DNA from: Mobula hypostoma
Taxonomy: Eukaryota
Direction of reading: 5' to 3'
Length of the DNA: 64,000 bases
Assembly: GCF_963921235.1 (NCBI RefSeq)
Contig: NC_086107.1
Span: 94,056,001-94,120,000 of the forward strand
Positions within the stretch are counted from its first letter, which is position 1. Each line of letters begins with the position of its first letter. This document shows, one piece after another, positions 55,881 through 64,000 of the stretch. Below the pieces are notes generated by a model. That model ran no database searches. It was given only the letters and a program-made list of their open reading frames with translations, and was not told the origin of the DNA. Made by a program: the position numbers and the translations under genes.

Positions 55881-56309
55881 TCTCAATCTCTCTTCTCCCT
55901 CTTTGAAAGCAAGGACAGAAGATAGCCTGAGAGCCCATAGCACCAGGCTCTAAAACAGGTTCTGTGTCACTGCTATCTTGAATAGACATCTCATATGAAC
56001 AGTACAGCACAGTACAGGCCCTTCAGCCCACCAATTTGTGCTGACCCTTTAAGCTACTTCAAGATCAATCTAACATAGCCCTCCATTTTTCTTTCATCCA
56101 TGTGCCTATCTAAGGGTCTCGTAAACGTCCCTAAAAAAAACTGTCTCTACCACCCCCCCACATGTATTAAAAAAAACGGTCTCTGACCTCCCCCTATACT
56201 TTCCTACAATCACCTTAAAAATATGTCCACTTGTATTAGCCAATGATCCCCCAGGGAAAAAAAGCTGGCTGTCCACTCTATGCCCTCATTATCTTACACA
56301 CCTCTGATC

Positions 56310-57310
56310 AAAAAGTTACAGAACCTGGGCCTCTGTACCTCCACCTGCATCTGGATCCTTGACTTCCTAACCAGAAGACCACAATCTGTGCTGATTGGAA
56401 ATTAAATCTCTAGCTCACTGACAATCAATACTGGCACTCCACAGGGGTGTGTGCTTAGCCCATTACTCTACTCTCTCTACACCCATGACTGTGTGCCCAG
56501 GTGCAGCTCAAACATCATCTATAAACTTGCCAATGATACAACCATAGTAGGCAGATTTTCAGGTGGAGACGAGAGGGCGTACAGGAGTGAGATATACCAG
56601 CTAGTTGAGTGGTGTCGCAGCAACAAGCTCGCACTCAATGTCAGTAAGACGAGAGAGGGGATTGTGGACCAGGAAGGGTAAGACAAAGGAACACAAACCA
56701 ACCCTCATGGAGGGATCAGAAGTGGAGAGAGTGGGCAATTTCAAGTTCCTGGGTGCAAAGATCCCTGAGGTCCTAATCTGGTTGCAACAACTTTGATGCA
56801 GCTATAAAGAAGGCAAGACAGTGGCTATTTCATTAGCAGTTTGAAGAGATTTGGTTTGTCAACTAAAACACTCGAAAACTTCTACAAATGTACCATGAAG
56901 AGCGTTCTTACTGGCTGCATCACTGTCTGGTATGGGGCAGGAGGATTGGCTACTGCACAAGGTTGAGATAAGTTACAGAAACTTGTAAAACTAGTCAGCT
57001 CTATCATGGGTACCAGCCCCTGTAGAATCCAAGACATCTTGAAGGAGTGGTGCCTTAAGAAGGCGGTGTCTATCATTAAGGACCCCCACCACCCAGGACA
57101 TGCCCTCTTCACACTCTGTATCTCATCGGGAAGGAGGTACAGAAACCTCACTACTTTTTTATTTTGCACTACTGATTTTAACTTAGCTACTTAATATATA
57201 CATACTTAATATAACAAATTTTTCTCTATATTTATTTATCATGTATTTCATTGTACTGCTGCCGTAAAGTTTCATGACATATGCCGGTGATATTAAATGG
57301 GATTCTAACT
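56310..57310 (+). mobile_element. Rex1/L2-type LINE RT fragment
   Basis: GTPQGCVLSPLLYSLYTHDC..IYKLANDTTIVG (degenerate YADD), frameshifted. Confidence 0.85.
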
Positions 57311-57477
57311 CAATCAAGAACCTCCCATCCCCTTCACTCCAAAGAGAAAAGCCTGAGCTCGCTCAACCTTTTCTCATAAGATACATTCTCTAATCCAATC
57401 AGCATCCTGATAAATCTCCTCTGCACCCTCTCTAAAGTTTTCACATCCTTCCTATAATGAGGTGACAAGAACTGAAG

Positions 57478-57990
57478 TCAAGTCAAGTCACTTTTTATTG
57501 TCATTTCGACCATGACTGCTGGTACAGTACACAGTAAAAACGAGACAACGTTTTTCAGGACCATGATGCTACATGAACAATACAAAAACTACACTGAACT
57601 ACGTAAAACAACACAGAACTACACTAGACTACAGACCTACCCAGGACTGCATAAAGTGCACAAAACAGTGCAGGCACTACAATAAATAATAAACAAGAGA
57701 ATAGGCACAGTAGAGGGCAGTAGGTTGGTGTCAGTCCAGGCTCTGGGTATTGTGGAGTCTGATGGCTTGGGGGAAGAAACTGTTACATAGTCTGGTCGTG
57801 TGAGCCCGAATACTTCGGTGCCTTTTGCCAGATGGCAGGAGGGAGAAGAGTTCGTATGAGGGGTGTGTGGGGTCCTTCATAATGCTGTTTGCTTTACGGA
57901 TGCAGTGTGTGGTGTAAATGTCTCTAATGGTGGGAAGAGAGACCCCGATGATCTTCTCAGCTGACCTCACTATCCGCTGCAGGGTCTTGT
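57478..57990 (-). mobile_element. Rex1/L2-type LINE 3' end with (CAAGT)n tail
   Basis: KTLQRIVRSAEKIIGVSLP..KDPTHPSYELFSLLPSGKR..LCNSFFPQAIRL. Confidence 0.85.
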
Positions 57991-57994
57991 GACC

Positions 57995-58989
57995 TTCCAA
58001 GTGTGGACTAACCAGGGTTTTATAGAACTACAACATTATCTTGCAGCTCTTGATCTCAGTTCCCTGACTAATGAAGGCCAGCACCCTAGATGTATTTTTC
58101 ACCACCCTATCAACTTGTGCAGCAACTCTGAGGGATCTATGGATGTGCAGCCTAAGATCTCTCTGTTCCTCCACACTGCTGAGAACCCTGCCATTTACCC
58201 GGCACTTTTCCTTCAAGTTCAACCTTCCAAAGTGAATCACTTCACACATTTTCAGTTTAAACTTCATCTGTTTCTTCTCAGCCCAGCTCTGCATCCTACC
58301 AATGCACCATTATAACCTACGGCAATCTTCTACGCTATCCACAACACCAACAACCTTCATGTCCTCCGCATACTTACTAAACCACACTTCCACTTCTCAT
58401 TCAAGTCACGTATAAAAGTCACAGAGAGCAGGGGTCCCTGCAGAATCCTCTGGTATAATTCCTGTGGCTAGTGAGGATTTCACAGATCTTTGCTAATGTT
58501 GCAGCAATCTCACAGAATATTCCACCGGCCCAGCGGACTCATCTATCTTAAAGTTTTTCAGAAGTTCCAGCACCTCCTATTTCTTAATGCCAACATGCTC
58601 CAGCCTATCAGCTTGTTCTGTGCTGATCGCACATTCATCAAGGTCTTTCTCAGTGGGGAAACTGAATCAAAGTATTCATTAAGGACCTCCCTTACCTCCT
58701 CTGACCCCAGGCTCACTCTCCTATCACAGCTCGGTCCTCCCCTCACGCTCACCGTCCTCCTGTTCTTCACGTACATGTAGAATGCTTTGGGATTTTCCTT
58801 AATCCCACTCATGTCCCTTCCTAGCTCTCCTAAATCCCTTCTTAAGCTCCTTCCCGACTACGTCATAACTCTCAAAGCCTCTCTGGTCAACCATGGTCCC
58901 TTCACTTTACAATCTTCTCCCTGCCTCAGTGGGACCAATTTATCCAGAACCCCATGGAAGAATTCCCGAAACAACCTCCACATTTCCAT
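57995..58989 (-). mobile_element. Degenerate CR1 ORF2 fragments
   Basis: WAEKKQMKFKLKMCEVIHFGR..EQRDL; IKENPKAFYMYVKNRR..EVLNEYFDSV. Confidence 0.8.
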
Positions 58990-59097
58990 CTAAAAACTCA
59001 AACACGAGGAATTCTGCAGATGCTGGAAATTCAAGCAACACACATCAAAGTTGCTGGTGAACGCAACAGGCCAGGCAGCATCTCTAGGAAGAGGTAC

Positions 59098-59133
59098 AGT
59101 CGACGTTTCAGGCCGAGACCCTTCGTCAGGACT
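59098..59133 (-). ncRNA. Minimal type-I hammerhead ribozyme motif (intact core)
   Basis: Minus strand AGUC CUGACGA AGG-GUCUCGG-CCU GAA ACGU C/ GACU: stem I AGUC:GACU, stem II AGG:CCU, palindromic ACGU stem III, GUC triplet. Confidence 0.8.
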
Positions 59134-60058
59134 AACTGAAGGAAGAGCTAGTAAGAGATTTAAAAGTGGGAGGGGGAGGGGGAGATCCAAAATGATAGGA
59201 GAAGACAGGAGGGGGAGGGATGGAGCCAAGAGCTGGACAGGTGATTGGCAGAAGGGATATGAGAGGATCATGGGACAGGAGGTCCGGGAAGAAAGACAAG
59301 GGGGGGGGAACCCAGAGGATGGGCAAGGGGTATAGTCAGAGGGACAGAGGGAGAAAAAGGAGAGAAATAGAAAGAATGTGAGTATATAATGAATAAATAA
59401 CAGATGGGGTACGAGGGGGAGGTGGGGCACTAGCGGAAGTTAGAGAAGTCAATGTTCATGCCATCAGGTTGGAAGCTACCCAGATGGAATATAAGGTGTT
59501 GTTCCTCCAACCTGCGTGTGGCTTCATCTTTACAGTAGAGGAATTAAAATGTGAACACCTATGCTCTGTCCGCCAGAGAAAGCAGGATCTCCCAGTGGCC
59601 ACACATTTTAATTCCACATCCCATTCCCATTCTGACATGTCTATCCACGGCCTCTTCTACTGTAAAGATGAAGCCACACTCAAGTTGGAGGAACAACACC
59701 TTATATTCCATCTGGGTAGCCTCCAACCTGATGGCATGAACATTGACTTCTCTAACTTCCGTAAATGCCCCTCCTCCCCCTCGTACCCCATCCGTTATTT
59801 ATTTATATACACACTTTCTTTTTCTCTCTCCTTTTTCCCCCTCTGTCCCTCTGACTATACCCCTTGCCCATCCTCTGGGCTTCCCCCCCCCCTTTTCCTT
59901 CTCCCTGGGCCTCCTGTCCCATGATCCTCTCATATCCCTTCTGCCAATCACCTGTCCAGCTCTTGGCTCCATCCCTCCCCCTCCTGTCTTCTCCTATCAT
60001 TTTGGATCTCCCCCTCCCCCTCCCACTTTCAAATCTCTTACTAGCTCTTCTTTCAGTT

Positions 60059-60094
60059 TGTCCTGATGAAGGATCTTGGCCCGAAACATCGACT
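60059..60094 (+). ncRNA. Minimal type-I hammerhead motif, variant copy
   Basis: tgtc CTGATGA agg-atcttgg-ccc GAAA CATC gact; stem III palindrome broken. Confidence 0.55.
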
Positions 60095-60449
60095 CTACCT
60101 CTTCCTAGAGATGCTGCCTGGCCTGCTGTGTTCACCAGCAACTTTGATGTGTGTTGCCCACATTTCCATTATGTATTTTCCTAAGAACATGGGTTCCCGG
60201 TTTACCTACCTAGTACTATCAAAGGTTCAATTTAATGTCAGAGAAATGTATACAATATACATCCTGAAATGGTTTTTCTTCGCAAAATGCATCATGATTT
60301 CTTCACATCATGATTTTCCCTGATTAAATACTTCCCCATACTGTCTGCTCCTATCCCTGTCCAATGGCTGCCCTAAAGCTCAGGGACTGTAGTCACTGTC
60401 TCCAAAATGCTCACCCACTGAGAGATCTGATATCTGACCTGGTTCAACG

Positions 60450-61070
60450 TCTAGTAGCACATCCAGTACCAGACCCTCTACAGTTTGCCTACCAACCTCA
60501 GGTGGGAGAGGATGATGCCATCATCTACCTGTTGCAGGGAGTTCACTCTCATTTGGATGACACTGGTGGCATTGTGAGAATCACGTTTTTTTGATTTCTC
60601 TAGTACCTTCAATACAATCCAGCCATTTCTTCTGAGAGTGAAGCTGCAAAGGATGGACGTAGATAAACCCACTAGTTCCTGGATTGCTGACTACCTGACA
60701 GATAGACCCCAGTTTGTACGGCTGGGTAGTTGTCTGTCTGAGATGGAGGTGAGTGGCACTGGAGCCCCACAAGGGATTGTCCTGTCTCTGTTTCTGTTCA
60801 TATGTACGCCTCAGGCTTTCAGCACAAACCTGAGTCTAGTCACTTGCAGAAGTTCTCAGATGACTCTGCAGTGGTTGGGTATGTCAGAAATGGGCAAGAG
60901 TCGGAGTACAGAGGACTGGTGGACAAGTTGGTGGAGTGGTGCAGCCAAAACCTGAATGTGGCCAAAACCAGGGAGATGATGATTGATAGAGGATCTCTAT
61001 ACGTTCTTGGAGAAGAAGTTACAGTGGTGGGAGAGTACAAATAGTTGGATGTTTACCTCAACAACAGATT
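60450..61070 (+). mobile_element. Rex1/Babar-type LINE RT fragment
   Basis: DPLQFAYQPQVGEDDAIIYLLQ..HLD; WIADYLTDRPQFVRL..TGAPQGIVLS; HLQKFSDDSAVVG. Confidence 0.85.
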
Positions 61071-61264
61071 TATTATTATTAGTGGTAGTAGTAGTAATAG
61101 TAGAAGTAGTATTAATAGTAGTTGTAGTGGTAGTAGTAATAGTAGCAATAGTAGTGGTAATAATAGTAGTAGTAATAGTAGCAACAGTAGTGGTAGTAGT
61201 GGTAATAATAGTAGTAGTAGTAGTAATAGTAGTAGTAGTAGTAGTAGTAATAGTAGTAGTAGTA
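61071..61264. repeat. Imperfect (AGT/AAT)n trinucleotide repeat
   Basis: Direct reading. Confidence 0.95.
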
Positions 61265-62366
61265 TGGTCTCATCTTTAGTCAGTCTTGTCAGAAATCCTT
61301 CCTGGACACACCTTACAAATTCTGCCCCATCTAAACCTCTTACACTACGAGGTGCCAATCAATAATGGGGAAGTTGAAATCACCTGTGACAACAATTCTG
61401 TTATTTTTGCCCCTTTCTGAAATGCGGCTCCCAACGTGTACCTTAGTGGTAAAGAACGAACTTTAGATTTCCCGGCCTATCTTGTGTGGCCCCTTGCACT
61501 TCATTTGTCTATCTTCTCTGCAATTCCTCTGTTACTGTACCCACCACATTCTGCATTCTGTTTTCTTTTTACTGCTTCGATGTACGTACTGAAGTCTGGA
61601 ATGATCTGACCGGCTAGCATGCAAGCAAGCTACTTCACTGAATTGGTATCCAATATCCACGCAGGGACTTGAATGAGGATTTGCTTCTAGTCGGCCCATG
61701 GCAGTGCCTATACTTCATTAGGAGTCCGAGAAGACTAGGTTCCTCAGACTCCACAGGCTCTAGCAGAAGTCTACAGGTGTACCATGGAGAGCTTTCAGAC
61801 TGGCTGCACCACTGTCTGGTAGCTGAGGGACCAGTGCACAGGTTCGGTAAAAGCTGCAAAGGGTTGTAATCTCATCCAGCTCCATCATGGGCACCAGCCT
61901 CCCCTGCATCAACACCATCTTCAGGAGGCAGTGCCACAAGAAACTGGCATCAGTCATGAAGGACTCCCACTACCCAGGACACACCCTCTTCTCATTGTTG
62001 CCTTCAAGGATGAGGTCCAGGAGCCTGAAGATGCACACTGAGCACTTTAGGAACATCCTCCCCTCTGCTCTCAGATTTATGAATGGTCCATGAACCCATG
62101 AACACTACCTCCTTATCTTGCCCCATTTTTGTCCTACCTATTTACCTATTGTTTATTTCTTATTGTAAATTATAGTGATTTTTACATTTTGCACTGTATT
62201 GCTGCTGCAAAACAACAGATTTCAGGTCACATCAGCGATAATAAACCTGATTCTGATTCTGATCCGATTTAAACGGATTTAACTCGGGCAGCCCATGTCA
62301 TAGTTTTCAAATCCTAACCACGTTCTGCCTTCTCCATTCTTATTACTGTCTCAGTGCTCTTACGTA

Positions 62367-62870
62367 CAGCACTATGCAAAAGTCTTGGGAACGTATATAT
62401 AGCTGGGGTGGCTGAGACTTGCACAGTGCTGTAGTGATTTTATGTATTGCTCTGTTCTGTTGCCACAAGAAAAAAACAAATTTCATGACACATGTAAGTG
62501 ATGATAAACCTGATTCTGATGTGGGTCTCTATTGTGGACTGAGAGTGGGAAGGGGGCAGGGAGAGGGGAATCACGGTTGGGAAAAGGGGAAGGGAGAGGA
62601 GAGGGAGCGGGAAGCACCAGAGAGACATTCGGTAATGATCAATAAACCAATTGTTTGCAATCAGATAGCCTTGCCTGGTGTCTGCACCTGCACCACCACC
62701 CCCCTGGCCCTGGCACTCCATCTCTGCCAGCTACCCCTTAGTGCCCCACCCTCCCCATTCCCGATATCCTTTGCTCCCGCCAGATTTACAAACTTGCTCT
62801 CCACTCCACAATGGCAAATATAGTACTGTGCGAAAGTCTTAGGCACCATATTCATGTCCCTAAGAGTTTT
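62367..62870. mobile_element. Tc1-type composite MITE, copy 5 (a further terminus at ~63140-63163 beyond an inserted repeat)
   Basis: Reverse-orientation body as at 38800. Confidence 0.7.
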
Positions 62871-63377
62871 GTCGCATGGCCAAGTGGTTAAGGCATCGGT
62901 CTAGTGATCTGAAGGTCGCTGTCCTTGAGCAAGGCACTTAACCACACATTGCTCTGCGATGACACTGGTGCCAAGCTGTATGGATCCTAATGCCCTTCCC
63001 TTGGACAACATTGGTGGCGTGGAGAGGGGAAACTTGCAGCATGGGCAACTGCCAGTCTTCCATACAACCTTGCCCAGGCCTGCGTCCTGGAAACCTTCCA
63101 AGGCGCAAATCCATGGTCTCACGAGAGTAACGGATGCCCAAAAAGAGTTTTGCACAGTACTGTATGGCACAATCAGTCTGGATAGCACATAAACAAAGGC
63201 TGTTCATTGTGGTGTTGTACACTAATACTTAATACCCCTGTCTGTCATTAATCTATACTCAGTGGTCACTTTACTAGCTAGGCCTGTACACCTGCTCATT
63301 AATGTAAATATCTAATCAACCAATCAAGTGGCAGCAACTCAATGCATAAAAGCACGCTGACATGGTCAAGAGGTTCA

Positions 63378-64000
63378 AGTTAAGAGCCCAAGGTATTACA
63401 GGAAAGATACTAGCATGATAGAGCATTGGCTGATTGGCGGGAAGCAGAGTGGGAATAAAGGGTTGGCTGCTGGTAACTCGAGGTGTTCCAAAGGGGTCTG
63501 TGTTGGGACCAATACTATTTACATTATATTTCAATGATTTCGATGACGGAATTGATGGCTTTGTGGCCAAGTTTATGGTTGATATGAAGATAGGTGGGAG
63601 GGCACTTAGTTTAGAGGAAGCAGAGAGACTACAGGAGACAGATTAGGAGACTGGGCAAAGAAGTGGCAGATGGAATACAGTGTCGAGAAGTGTATGGTCA
63701 TGTACTTTGGTAGAAGAAATGAAAGGGTTAGCTATTTCCTAAATGGAGTGAAAAATTCTTCAAAACCTGAGGTGCAAAGGGACCTTGGCGTCCTTGTGCA
63801 AGATTCACTAAAGGTAAATTTGTAGGTTTGTTGGGTGGAGAGGAAAGCAAATGCAATGCTAGCAGTCATTTCAGGAGGACTAGAATATAACAGCAAGGAT
63901 ATAAGTCTTGAAGCACTGATGAGACCTCACTTGGACTATTGTTAGTAGTTTTTGGGCCTCTTATCTAAGAAGGGATGTGTTGACATTGGAGAAGGTTCAA
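63378..64000 (+). mobile_element. CR1 LINE RT fragment
   Basis: GWLLVTRGVPKGSVLGPILFTLYFNDFDDGIDGFVAKFMVDMKIGG. Confidence 0.85.

Larger units (their letters stand above)
58990..60157. mobile_element. Penelope-like insertion with two inverted ~505-bp 3' ends and a 12-bp flanking duplication
   Basis: Arms ~59035-59541 and ~59651-60157; GIY-YIG C-terminus [59 protein letters not shown] at 58978-58989 and 60158-60169. Confidence 0.9.

Noticed and set aside
60983..61365. Poly-Val/Ser/Leu ORFs
   Set aside because: Translations of the (AGT)n microsatellite.
49450..64000. A second host gene upstream of the MyBP-C gene
   Set aside because: All interpretable ORFs are transposon remnants; no exon-like unique sequence recognised, though small exons cannot be excluded.

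Overview
Vertebrate genomic DNA, about 46% GC by eye and very repeat-rich. The repeat set (CR1 and Rex1/L2-type LINE fragments, tRNA-SINEs, Penelope-like remnants, Tc1/mariner, hAT, Harbinger) points to a cartilaginous fish (inference). The one host gene is a myosin-binding protein C (MyBP-C) family member on the minus strand. I reconstructed ten GT-AG, phase-compatible coding exons from the ATG at 48467 to 914 (961 nt, 320 codons + 1 nt). They encode C0 Ig domain - short Pro/Ala linker with two micro-exons - C1 Ig domain - M-domain, and the gene continues past position 1. It has the cardiac-type C0 domain but a skeletal-type M-domain with no recognisable cardiac PKA serines, so the paralog is unresolved. 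Most notable non-coding observations: (i) a candidate internal first exon (aaaATGG|gtaag at 19517) that would give a C0-less isoform; (ii) a 170-bp near-perfect inverted repeat whose loop contains (TTAGGG)4; (iii) many minimal type-I hammerhead ribozyme motifs in Penelope-like repeats, including an inverted, TSD-flanked 1.17-kb insertion and small palindromic derivatives; (iv) composite and nested MITEs. Exon coordinates were counted base by base. Most transposon boundaries are approximate.
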